Source: Syntrophales bacterium
Lineage (GTDB): Bacteria > Desulfobacterota > Syntrophia > Syntrophales > UBA4778
Length of the DNA stretch: 64,000 nt
Assembly (NCBI GenBank): GCA_963665615.2
Contig: CAXXQE010000001.1
Span: 761,151-825,150, forward strand
Direction of reading: 5' to 3'
Made by a program: the position numbers and the translations under genes. The notes under the pieces were generated by a model. It ran no database searches, was not told the DNA's origin, and was given only the letters and a program-made list of their open reading frames with translations. Below are positions 41,296 through 50,075 of this stretch, in pieces. Position 1 is the stretch's first letter; every line of letters starts with the position of its first letter.

Positions 41296-41958
41296 ATGAA
41301 ATACTATCCCATATCCCTCAATCTCTCCGGTAGGTCGTGTGTTGTTATTGGAGGCGGGACGGTTGCGGAAAGAAAGATCGAGCGCCTGCTCGATTGCGGC
41401 GCCGTGGTGACGGTCGTCAGCGAACGGCTCAGTGAGGAACTGGCGCGCCTACGGGTGCAGGGGCGGTTGACGCATATCTCTTCTGCTTACGACCCCGCCC
41501 ATTTGCAAGGGGCTTTTCTCGCCTTCGGGACCACGGACGATCCCCAGGTCAATGATCGGATCTTCGAGGATGCCCGCCGGATGGGCATTCTGGTCAATAT
41601 CGCCGACGACCCGGCGCACTGCGATTTTATTCTTCCGTCCTTGTGCGAACAGGGAGACTTGCAGATCGCCGTTTCGACCGGTGGGAAAAGCCCGGCATTA
41701 GCCCGCCGCGTCCGCGAGGAGGTCGAGGCTCTCTACGGTCCTGAGTACGCGGTCTATCTGATGGTGCTAGGCGAGTTGCGAAAGAAGGTAGTCGCCCGCG
41801 GGCGCTCATCGGATGACAATAAACGGATCTTCGAGGCGGTAGTGAATTCTGCAATCCTCGACCTGATCCACCGTGGGGATCGCGCGGCGGTCCATCGGCT
41901 GCTGTGCGATATCGCCGGAGAAGATATGACGGACGACTTGGAAAGGCTGATGCCATGA
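41296..41958 (+). CDS. Precorrin-2 dehydrogenase / sirohydrochlorin ferrochelatase (CysG N-terminal / SirC-like)
   Basis: VIGGGTVAERK, VNIADDP..CDFILP, AVSTGGKSPALAR. Confidence 0.93.
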   Translation: MKYYPISLNLSGRSCVVIGGGTVAERKIERLLDCGAVVTVVSERLSEELARLRVQGRLTHISSAYDPAHLQGAFLAFGTTDDPQVNDRIFEDARRMGILVNIADDPAHCDFILPSLCEQGDLQIAVSTGGKSPALARRVREEVEALYGPEYAVYLMVLGELRKKVVARGRSSDDNKRIFEAVVNSAILDLIHRGDRAAVHRLLCDIAGEDMTDDLERLMP

Positions 41959-42767
41959 CCGATGCGCTCTTATTCAACGGCGTTCTGCTTTTGTATGCGG
42001 CGGCGATGATCGGCTATCTGGCGTCGCTTCTGAGTCGTCGGGTGACTGCGGCAAAGGTCGGGGCCTGGGTGCTAACGGCTGCCTTTGTATTGCATACGCT
42101 GGTCTTTGTCTTTCAAGCGGTCGAGCGGAGCAGCTCTCCGGTAATCAATCGCGCTGAAGCCTTATCCTTTTTTGCCTGGGCGGCTGCCGGGATCTATTTG
42201 GCGATCCAGTGGAAAGGCCGTGTCAAGGTTCTGGGGGCCTTCATCACGCCGGTTCTGGTTATACTGATGATCATGGCCTCATCGCATTGCTTCGGGTCCA
42301 ACGGCGTACCGCCTCTGACGGGCGGGCTGGTGACGATTCATATCATTCTGTCCATTGCGGCAGAGGCTCTCTTTCTACTGGCTGGGCTGGCGGGGCTGGT
42401 CTATCTCATTCAGAACGAATTTCTGAAGCATCGAAAGATCGGAGGACTCAGCCGGGTGTTGCCGTCGCTCGGCGATCTCGATCGCGTGAATGGCCTGTGT
42501 CTGTCGCTCGGTTTCGTCTTTCTGACCCTTGGCATCACCGTAGGGTCCTTCTGGGCGCGAATCGTCTGGGGGCCGATCTGGAATGGCGATCCCAAGCAGG
42601 TCTCGACGCTCATCATCTGGTTGGTTTATGCGTTTCTTCTCCATCAGCGTGTTGCCATCGGCTGGAATGGCCGCAAGGCGGCCATCGGGTCTCTGGCGGC
42701 CATCCTTCTGATCTGTTTCTCGCTCATCGGTGTGAGCGAATTTCTGAAAACAACGCATCATTTTTGA
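41955..42767 (+). CDS. ccsA: Cytochrome c biogenesis protein CcsA/HemX-like
   Basis: Multi-TM; LPSL..LD, GSFWA...WG..W..DPK. Confidence 0.88.
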   Translation: MTDALLFNGVLLLYAAAMIGYLASLLSRRVTAAKVGAWVLTAAFVLHTLVFVFQAVERSSSPVINRAEALSFFAWAAAGIYLAIQWKGRVKVLGAFITPVLVILMIMASSHCFGSNGVPPLTGGLVTIHIILSIAAEALFLLAGLAGLVYLIQNEFLKHRKIGGLSRVLPSLGDLDRVNGLCLSLGFVFLTLGITVGSFWARIVWGPIWNGDPKQVSTLIIWLVYAFLLHQRVAIGWNGRKAAIGSLAAILLICFSLIGVSEFLKTTHHF

Positions 42768-42771
42768 TACC

Positions 42772-44049
42772 ATGAAACTCGTTCTGATAGGGGTCAATCA
42801 TAAGACGGCGCCTCTGGCCTTGCGGGAGATGCTGAATCGCTCTTGCGGCGAAGCGAGCCGGCCGATCCTTCAACGGATTCTGGCGACGCCGGGTGTGCGG
42901 GAGGCTTATTTTCTCGCCACGTGCAATCGCTTTGAGATCCTCGTCAGCACGGATCATCCGGAGCTTGCGCTGGAAGGATTGAAACGCATCATGACGCCTG
43001 ACAGCGTCTGCTGCGACGAGATCGAACGATGCCTGTACGTCCACCGCAATGAGCAGGCGGTGCGTCATCTCTTCCGCGTGGCCTCCAGTCTCGATTCGAT
43101 GGTGATGGGAGAACCGCAGATCCTCGGTCAGGTCAAGGATGCCTACCGCGAGGCGACAGAGGCAAAGGCGGCGGGGATCATGCTGAACAAGTTGCTGCAC
43201 CAGGCCTTTCGGACCGCCAAGCGGGTTCGTACCGAGACAGCCATTGCCGAAAACGCCGTGTCGGTGAGCTTTGCCGCGATCGAACTGGCAAAGCAGATCT
43301 TCGGACACCTTTCCGGCAAAACGATCCTGCTGGTTGGCGCCGGTGAGATGACCGAACTGGCGGCGCGGCATCTGGTCAATCAACAGATCGGGCGCATTCT
43401 GGTCGCCAACCGGACGACGGATCGGGCGGCGCGCCTGGCCGAAGAGGTTCACGGCGAACCCATGGCCCTTGATCAAATCGATGAGGCCCTTGGGGTTGCG
43501 GACATCGTCATCAGCTCGACGGGTTCGCCCTCGTATCTCATTACGAAGGAGATGATCCAGGCGGCGCTTCATCGTCGGCGCAATCGCCTCATGCTTTTGA
43601 TCGATGTAGCGGTGCCGCGCGATATCGATCCGACCGTGGCCGAGGTGGACAATGTCTATCTCTACAACATCGACGATCTTCAGCAGGTGGTAGACGAAAA
43701 TCTCCGGAGCCGTCTCGGCGAGGCGCAGAAGGGCGAGGCTATTGTGGCAGAGGAGGTCCTCAGTTTCCGCGACTGGTATAATACGCTGGAGATTGTGCCG
43801 ACGATCGTTTCGCTCAGAAAGAAGATAGAGGGCATTGTAGCGGGTGAAATCGAAAAGTCGCAAGGATGGATCAGGGACCTGTCGCCGGAAGCTCAGGAGA
43901 ATTTGCGTATCCTGAGCGAATCCATCTTGAACAAAGTGATCCACGATCCCATCGCCTGCCTTAAGACAGAAAGCAATGGTGACGCTGCCACACCGTATGT
44001 CGAAGCGGTGAGGAAACTGTTTAAGTTGGAAAAAGATAGTGACAAGTAA
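42772..44049 (+). CDS. hemA: Glutamyl-tRNA reductase
   Basis: GVNHKTAP, TCNRFE, SLDSMVMGEPQILGQVK, GAGEM, DVAVPRDID. Confidence 0.97.
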   Translation: MKLVLIGVNHKTAPLALREMLNRSCGEASRPILQRILATPGVREAYFLATCNRFEILVSTDHPELALEGLKRIMTPDSVCCDEIERCLYVHRNEQAVRHLFRVASSLDSMVMGEPQILGQVKDAYREATEAKAAGIMLNKLLHQAFRTAKRVRTETAIAENAVSVSFAAIELAKQIFGHLSGKTILLVGAGEMTELAARHLVNQQIGRILVANRTTDRAARLAEEVHGEPMALDQIDEALGVADIVISSTGSPSYLITKEMIQAALHRRRNRLMLLIDVAVPRDIDPTVAEVDNVYLYNIDDLQQVVDENLRSRLGEAQKGEAIVAEEVLSFRDWYNTLEIVPTIVSLRKKIEGIVAGEIEKSQGWIRDLSPEAQENLRILSESILNKVIHDPIACLKTESNGDAATPYVEAVRKLFKLEKDSDK

Positions 44050-44130
44050 CGAGTAACAAGTGACATGTGAAATAAATGAAGCGCCCACGGTATCTTTTTA
44101 CTCGTCACTCGTTACCTGTCACTCGTCACT
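44038..44130. repeat. Inverted heptamer-repeat arms (AGTGACR type), hemA/hemC junction
   Basis: Left 44038..44073 agtgaca-agtaacg-agtaaca-agtgaca-tgtgaaa; right 44095..44130 tttact-cgtcact-cgttacc-tgtcact-cgtcact. Confidence 0.9.
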
Positions 44131-44146
44131 CCTAATGCAGAGGATT

Positions 44147-45094
44147 ATGACTCATTTGCAGAATAACGTTATAAGGGTGGGTACCCGCGGCAGCGCCCTG
44201 GCGCTGAAGCAGACGCAGGGCATTGCGGACAGCATCGCCGCGCGCTGTCCGGATCTCGGCATTGAGATCGTGCCGATCAAGACGACGGGCGACAGGATGC
44301 AGGACATCGCGCTCGCGAAGATCGGCGGCAAGGGCGTTTTCGTCAAGGAGATCGAAGAGGCCCTGATGCGCAACGAGATCGATCTGGCCGTACACAGCAT
44401 GAAGGACGTGCCTTCGGAAATCCCGGAGGCATTGACGATCGGGGCAGTGCCGTTGCGTGAAGATCCGCGCGATGTCCTGATTTCCCGCAGCGGCGTTGCG
44501 TTGGAAGACCTTCCCCCAGGGGCGCGGATTGGGACAGGGTCTCTGCGGCGCGGCATCCAGATCAAGGCCCGCTTTCCGCTCCTGGAGGTGACGGCTATTC
44601 GCGGCAACCTCGATACCCGGATCCGCAAGATCGAAACGGAGAGCCTCGCGGGGATCGTGCTCGCTGCGGCAGGGCTCGCACGCCTCGGCTGGCGGGATCG
44701 CATCTCGCACTACATTGCAGTGGACGTGATGATTCCCGCGATCGGCCAGGGTGCGCTGGCCCTGCAATGCCGAAAGGACAATGTGCAGATTCTGGAGACG
44801 ATCGCCTTTCTCAATCACGAACAAACTGTGCAAGCGGTGGCCGCGGAGCGTGCTTTTCTGAGAGTCTTCGGCGGTGGCTGCCAGGTGCCGATCGCCGCGC
44901 ACGCCACTGTGCAGGGCGATCGCCTGAAACTGACCGGTCTCATAGGAAGTCTTGACGGATCGTGCATCATTCGAGATAACGCCGAAGGCCCGGTTGCAAC
45001 GAGCGAAACGATCGGCATATCCCTTGCCAACCGCCTGCTGGATCAGGGGGGGAGGGGGATCTTGGAAGAACTGAAAACAGTCAACAGTAAATAG
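44147..45094 (+). CDS. hemC: Hydroxymethylbilane synthase
   Basis: GTRGSALAL.Q, GGKGVFVKEIE, AVHSMKD, IRGNLDTR, GGCQVP; start reset to the ATG after AGAGG. Confidence 0.97.
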   Translation: MTHLQNNVIRVGTRGSALALKQTQGIADSIAARCPDLGIEIVPIKTTGDRMQDIALAKIGGKGVFVKEIEEALMRNEIDLAVHSMKDVPSEIPEALTIGAVPLREDPRDVLISRSGVALEDLPPGARIGTGSLRRGIQIKARFPLLEVTAIRGNLDTRIRKIETESLAGIVLAAAGLARLGWRDRISHYIAVDVMIPAIGQGALALQCRKDNVQILETIAFLNHEQTVQAVAAERAFLRVFGGGCQVPIAAHATVQGDRLKLTGLIGSLDGSCIIRDNAEGPVATSETIGISLANRLLDQGGRGILEELKTVNSK

Positions 45095-45211
45095 TAAATA
45101 GTAATAAGAAGAGGTAAAACCCCGTCCTGTTCTGCTGGCAACTATGAACTGGCAATTGTTCAGGTCGCCGCTGTACACTGTTTACTGTTCACTATTTACT
45201 ATTTACTTTTC
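45075..45211. repeat. Inverted heptamer-repeat arms (AAAYAGT type), hemC/cobA junction
   Basis: Left aaacagt-caacagt-aaatagt-aaatagt; right (45177..45211) actgttt-actgttc-actattt-actattt-acttttc. Confidence 0.9.
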
Positions 45212-45226
45212 TCAAAAGGAATTTCC

Positions 45227-46777
45227 ATGGATACGAAACACGGCATGGTTTACATCATCGGTGCAGGGCCGGGAGATCCGGGGCTGATTACGGTCCGCGG
45301 AATGGAGTGCCTCCGCAAGGCGGACGTGGTCATCTATGATTATCTCGCCGGTGACGAGCTTCTCGGCTATGTTCGCAAAGATGCCCGACTTATCTATGCC
45401 GGGAAGAAGGGCGGCGATCATACCCTGCCGCAGGATGAGATCAACCGGCTGCTCGTTGAGGAAGGGCAGAAGGGCTGCGTGGTCGCCCGTCTCAAAGGCG
45501 GCGATCCCTTCATCTTCGGACGCGGCGGCGAAGAGGTCGAAGCGCTCGTTGACGCAGGGATTCTCTTTGAAGTCGTTCCCGGCGTGACCTCCGCCATTGC
45601 CGTGCCCGCCTATGCCGGGATTCCGCTCACGCACCGCGGCTATACCTCGACCGTCGCTTTTGTAACAGGCCATGAAGCTCCGACGAAGACGGAAAGCAGT
45701 ATCGACTGGAGCGCACTGGCTGCGATGGGAACGGTGGTCTTTCTCATGGGAGTCAGGAATCTCTCCGGCATCGTCGGCAATCTCATCGAAAAGGGAAAAC
45801 GTCCGGAGACCCCGGCGGCAGTGATTCGCTGGGGAACGACGCCGGATCAGCAGACGCTCTCAGGCACGCTTGCGGACATAGCCGAGAAGGTCAAGGCAGC
45901 TAAACTGGAGCCGCCCGCGATTCTCGTGGTGGGCGATGTGGTCGGGCTGCGCAATCAACTCAACTGGTTTGAACAGAAGCCCCTTTGCGGCAAGGGCGTC
46001 GTGATCACGCGACCGGAGGATCAGGCCGCTGAATTTGTGCAGTATCTCCGGGAGGCCGGGGCGCGGCCGATTCTGTTTCCGACGATCAAGATTGCGCCGC
46101 CCGAAAAGATGGACCAACTGGACCGCGCCGTGGACCAGATCGGAACCTACGACTGGATCATTTTTACGAGCGCCAATGGCGTGCGCGCGCTGTTCCGCCG
46201 CATCGACGAAAAGGGCGGGGATATCCGCGATCTCAAGGGGATCAAAATAGCGGCGATTGGTCCGGCTACGGCGAAGATGCTGGCGCGGCTGGGCATTCGC
46301 GTCGATATCGTTCCGGACGAGTTCATCTCCGAAGGCGTGCTGGCCGCTCTCAAGGACGAGCCCATGAAGGGCAAGCGCGTGTTGCTGCCCCGTGCGGAAG
46401 TGGCGCGGGACGTGATTCCCAAGGGACTGGCCGCAATGGGGGCGACCGTCGATGTCGTGACGGCCTATCGCACTGTCACTTCGGGACGCAAAAAAGAAGA
46501 CCTCGATCAACTGATCCGCGAGGACAAAGTCGATGTCATTACCTTTACAAGCCCCTCGACCGTGATCAACTTCGTCGATATCATGGGAGAGGATTACAAA
46601 CTCCCTGCAAGCATCAAGATCGCCTGCATCGGCCCGGTAACCGTAACTGCTGCGAAGAAACTCGGCTTCCGCGTCGATATCGTCCAGGAAACATACACTG
46701 TGGCGGGGATGGTGGAAAGTATTAAAGCAAAAGTGACAAGTGACAGGTCACAAGTGACAAGCGAAAGAGAAAAATAA
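45227..46777 (+). CDS. cobA: Uroporphyrinogen-III C-methyltransferase / synthase fusion (CobA-HemD)
   Basis: [27 protein letters not shown], then Hem[20 protein letters not shown]. Confidence 0.95.
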   Translation: MDTKHGMVYIIGAGPGDPGLITVRGMECLRKADVVIYDYLAGDELLGYVRKDARLIYAGKKGGDHTLPQDEINRLLVEEGQKGCVVARLKGGDPFIFGRGGEEVEALVDAGILFEVVPGVTSAIAVPAYAGIPLTHRGYTSTVAFVTGHEAPTKTESSIDWSALAAMGTVVFLMGVRNLSGIVGNLIEKGKRPETPAAVIRWGTTPDQQTLSGTLADIAEKVKAAKLEPPAILVVGDVVGLRNQLNWFEQKPLCGKGVVITRPEDQAAEFVQYLREAGARPILFPTIKIAPPEKMDQLDRAVDQIGTYDWIIFTSANGVRALFRRIDEKGGDIRDLKGIKIAAIGPATAKMLARLGIRVDIVPDEFISEGVLAALKDEPMKGKRVLLPRAEVARDVIPKGLAAMGATVDVVTAYRTVTSGRKKEDLDQLIREDKVDVITFTSPSTVINFVDIMGEDYKLPASIKIACIGPVTVTAAKKLGFRVDIVQETYTVAGMVESIKAKVTSDRSQVTSEREK

Positions 46778-47005
46778 AACAAATGACGGCTCCCGGGCAA
46801 CGGCGTAACATGTAAAATAGACGCGGTCTATCTTTACTTGTCACTCGTTACTTGTGATGGATGCGTAAAAAGTCGAAAAATGCGTCATTACGAGGAATGC
46901 AGTGACGAAGTAATCTCATAAATCCATCAGGTTGGATTGCTTCGTTTCACTCGCAATGACAGGAAACGATACTTTTTACGAGACCATCACTTGTTACTCG
47001 TCACT
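46732..47005. repeat. Inverted heptamer arms (AGTGACA type), cobA/ahbC junction; right arm interrupted by a MITE
   Basis: Left 46732..46766; right 46833..46855 plus 46989..47005. Confidence 0.9.
46856..46988. mobile_element. 133-bp MITE-like element containing a GTCATT..AATGAC palindrome
   Basis: Ends GATGGATGCGTAAAAAGT / ACTTTTTACGAGACCATC; internal 46884..46960 REP-like hairpin. Confidence 0.75.
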
Positions 47006-47029
47006 CCAAAAAACCGGAGGTTTTTTGTT

Positions 47030-48214
47030 TTGATCGGCATTTCGAAATTATACTGCGGGGCGGTGGAGGAAGCGGATGTGCTGCGCTACGGCGCTGACTC
47101 CAAGAAGCTTCCCTCGCATCTCTTGCAGTTTTCCGTGGACAAGCGGCCGGTGGTCGTCTGGAACATGACGCGCCGCTGCAATCTGCGCTGCGTGCACTGC
47201 TATTCCAGTTCGCGCAACATTCCCTATAAAAACGAACTGACGGCCGAAGAGGCCACGCGCATGATCGACGATCTCGCGGCCTTCGGCGCGCCGGTGATCC
47301 TCTTTTCCGGCGGCGAACCCCTGATCCGCAAGGATCTGCCGGAACTGACGCGCTATGCGGCGTCCAAGGGCCTGCGCGTCGTCATTTCGACCAACGGGAC
47401 GCTCATCACGAAGAAACTGGCCACGGAGCTTAAAAAGATCGGCCTGTCCTATATCGGCGTGAGCCTGGACGGGATCGGCGAGACGCACGACCGGTTTCGC
47501 GGGGTGCTGGGCGTTTTTGAGCGGACGATCAAGGGCATTCGCACGGCGCGTGACGCCGGGATCAAGGTGGGCATCCGTTTCACCATGAACCGTCTGAACG
47601 CCGTCGACATTCCCGGCGTCTTCGATCTGATCGAACGCGAGGACATTCCGCGCGCCTGCTTCTATCACCTTGTCTATTCGGGACGCGGTTCCGAGCTGAT
47701 GAAGGAAGACCTCTCGCACGCCGAAACCAGAATAACCATCGATCTCATCATGGACCGCACGCGCGATCTCTTCGACCGCGGCAAGCCCAAGGAAATCCTG
47801 ACCGTGGATAATCATGCCGACGGGCCTTACATTTATCTGCGGCTTCTCAAGGAAGACCCCAAGCGGGCAGCCGAAGTGCTCAAGCTTCTCCAGATGAACA
47901 AGGGCAATAGCTCCGGTCTCGGCATCGGTTGCGTGAGCTGGGACGGCGAGGTTTATGCCGACCAGTTCTGGCGAAGCATCTCCTTCGGCAACGTGAAAGA
48001 CCGCCCGTTCAGCGCCATTTGGCAGGACACATCCAACGAACTGATGAAGCGCCTCAAGGACAAGAAGGCCTATGTCGGCGGCCGCTGCGCGACCTGCCGC
48101 TGGCTCGACGTTTGCGGCGGCAACTTCCGCGCCCGCGCTGAAGCCGTAGGTGATCTCTGGGGTGAAGACCCGGCGTGCTATCTCAGCGATCGGGAGATCG
48201 CTGAGGTAGTTTAA
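47030..48214 (+). CDS. ahbC: 12,18-didecarboxysiroheme deacetylase (radical SAM/SPASM)
   Basis: TTG start MIGISKLYCG...LRYG...LPSHLLQFS.DKRPVVVWN.TRRCNL.CVHCY; TVDNHADG. Confidence 0.93.
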   Translation: MIGISKLYCGAVEEADVLRYGADSKKLPSHLLQFSVDKRPVVVWNMTRRCNLRCVHCYSSSRNIPYKNELTAEEATRMIDDLAAFGAPVILFSGGEPLIRKDLPELTRYAASKGLRVVISTNGTLITKKLATELKKIGLSYIGVSLDGIGETHDRFRGVLGVFERTIKGIRTARDAGIKVGIRFTMNRLNAVDIPGVFDLIEREDIPRACFYHLVYSGRGSELMKEDLSHAETRITIDLIMDRTRDLFDRGKPKEILTVDNHADGPYIYLRLLKEDPKRAAEVLKLLQMNKGNSSGLGIGCVSWDGEVYADQFWRSISFGNVKDRPFSAIWQDTSNELMKRLKDKKAYVGGRCATCRWLDVCGGNFRARAEAVGDLWGEDPACYLSDREIAEVV

Positions 48215-48840
48215 AGTTTGTAGTTTAAAGTTCAAAGTTGAAAATAAACGAGCCTGAGCGCGCGACTCGTGAGGAGTCAAAATGGGCACGTTTCAACGGT
48301 TCGAAGACATTGATTCTTGGCAGAAAGCGCGGAGTCTGACTCAGGAAATATATGAAGTCACCAAGACAGAATCTTTTGCCAGAGATTTTGCTTTGAGAGA
48401 CCAGATCCGACGGGCGAGCGCTTCTATCATGAGCAACATCGCAGAGGGTTTCGAACGAGGTGGCAACAAGGAGTTTATACAGTTTCTGTATGTTGCAAAG
48501 GGATCAGCAAGCGAAGTCCGAAGCCACTTGTATGCTGCCCTTGACCAAGGCTATATTCACCAGGAGGCATTCGACAAACTCTATGCGTTGGCTATGGAAA
48601 TCAGTAAAATGCTGGCAAGTTTATCAACATACTTGAGCCAGTCAGGAATCAAGGGATACAAATATAAATAATATGAACGCGGTTTAAAGTTCAAAGTTTG
48701 AAGTTTAATGTTGATATACTTTATTCGATAGTTTCGAAAAATAAAACCCTTCATATGAGAAACAGCCGAATCGAGAAAAAGAAAAATGAGGCAATCGTAC
48801 TGCTTTTAACTTTCAACTTTTAACTTCAAACTTTAAACTA
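48207..48840. mobile_element. IVS-like element: AAGTTYA heptamer arms enclosing a four-helix-bundle gene
   Basis: Forward arrays 48207..48241 and 48680..48714; inverted array 48806..48840 whose outer 14 nt are perfectly complementary to 48207..48220. Confidence 0.75.
48282..48671 (+). CDS. Four-helix-bundle protein (23S rRNA IVS protein / Avd-like family)
   Basis: RFEDI..WQKAR, DFALRDQIRRA..SIMSNIAEGFERG.NKEFIQFL.VAKGSASEVRS.LY.ALDQGYI. Confidence 0.93.
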   Translation: MGTFQRFEDIDSWQKARSLTQEIYEVTKTESFARDFALRDQIRRASASIMSNIAEGFERGGNKEFIQFLYVAKGSASEVRSHLYAALDQGYIHQEAFDKLYALAMEISKMLASLSTYLSQSGIKGYKYK

Positions 48841-48863
48841 AAAGGTGCCGGAGGTTTTTAAAT

Positions 48864-49838
48864 ATGTACTATCCCGCTTACCGTCCTCGCCGCATGAGGC
48901 AGAATGAGAATTTCCAGCGGATGATCCGTGAGACGCAACTGTCTGTCGACGATCTGGTCTATCCGCTCTTTATCGTTGAGGGCAAGAATTTCAAGAAGCC
49001 GATCGCGTCCATGCCCGGGCAGTTCCAGCTCTCGGTGGATTATGCCATCGAGGAAATCAAGTCCGCTCAGGACCTGGGAATCCCCGCAGTCATTCTCTTT
49101 GGCATTCCGGAGCGCAAGGACGAGGTGGGGTCTCAGGCCCATGCCGACAAGGGCGTGATCCAGAACGCGGTGCGCGCGATCAAGGACAAGGCGCCGGAGA
49201 TGATGGTCATTACGGATCTGTGCCTGTGCGAGTATACCGATCACGGCCACTGCGGAATTCTGGAAAACGGCTGCGTCGACAACGATGCGACCCTGGAGGT
49301 GCTGGCCGAAACCGCCATTGCGCAGGCCAAGGCGGGCGCCGACATGATCGCGCCCTCCGGCATGATGGACGGCGCTGTCGGGATCGTCCGCGAGGCGCTC
49401 GATGAGGAAGGCTACGAGAATCTCCCAATCATGGCCTACTCCGCCAAGTACGCCTCCTGCTTCTACGGCCCCTTCCGCGAGGCAGCGGAGAGCGCGCCGA
49501 AGCAGGGCGACCGCAAGTCCTACCAGATGGACCCCGCCAACAGCGACGAGGCAATCCGCGAGATGAACATGGATGTGGAAGAGGGCGCGGACATCCTGAT
49601 GGTCAAGCCGGCACTTGCCTATCTCGACGTGATCCGCCGCGCCAGAGAAGAATTCGATCTGCCCATCGCCGCCTATAACGTCAGCGGCGAGTACGCCATG
49701 ATAAAGGCCGCCGCAGCCATGGGATGGCTGGATGGAGAACGGGCGATGATGGAATCACTTACATCCATTAAAAGAGCCGGTGCCGACATCATACTGACGT
49801 ATTTTGCGAAGGAAGCGGCCAGCGTCTTAAGACGCTGA
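48864..49838 (+). CDS. hemB: Porphobilinogen synthase
   Basis: RPRRMR, DLCLCEYTDHGHCG, APSGMMDG, YSAKYAS.FYGPFR, MVKPAL. Confidence 0.97.
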   Translation: MYYPAYRPRRMRQNENFQRMIRETQLSVDDLVYPLFIVEGKNFKKPIASMPGQFQLSVDYAIEEIKSAQDLGIPAVILFGIPERKDEVGSQAHADKGVIQNAVRAIKDKAPEMMVITDLCLCEYTDHGHCGILENGCVDNDATLEVLAETAIAQAKAGADMIAPSGMMDGAVGIVREALDEEGYENLPIMAYSAKYASCFYGPFREAAESAPKQGDRKSYQMDPANSDEAIREMNMDVEEGADILMVKPALAYLDVIRRAREEFDLPIAAYNVSGEYAMIKAAAAMGWLDGERAMMESLTSIKRAGADIILTYFAKEAASVLRR

Positions 49839-49873
49839 GGTTCCGGGGTCGGAGTTCTGTGTTCAGGGTTGAA
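49839..49873 (+). repeat. Heptamer left arm (RGTTCNG type) directly after the hemB stop
   Basis: ggttccg-gggtcgg-agttctg-tgttcag-ggttgaa. Confidence 0.8.
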
Positions 49874-50075
49874 AACAAGGAAAAGTGAAGGTCGGATCTG
49901 ACTCGATGTCCCTTTCCGTGTCGGGATAAAAACCGCTCCCGACTGTGGTTGTTATCAGATTTGTGAAGAGTGTAGACGCGACCCTCTTGGTTTCCCGTTA
50001 AACTGATTAGATGGATGCAAAAGGCAAGGTGAGTATACATCAGATAAATAATATGAACACTTGGAGGCACAAAAC

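Noticed and set aside
42724..48289. Long antisense ORFs (42724..44088, 44132..45178, 47048..48289; also 350..1249)
   Set aside because: Shadow frames of GC-rich genes (hemA, hemC, ahbC, GRE1) with no recognisable motifs.
48282..48671. Diversity-generating retroelement (Avd-like gene)
   Set aside because: No reverse transcriptase and no TR/VR pair with adenine-specific mismatches visible in the window.
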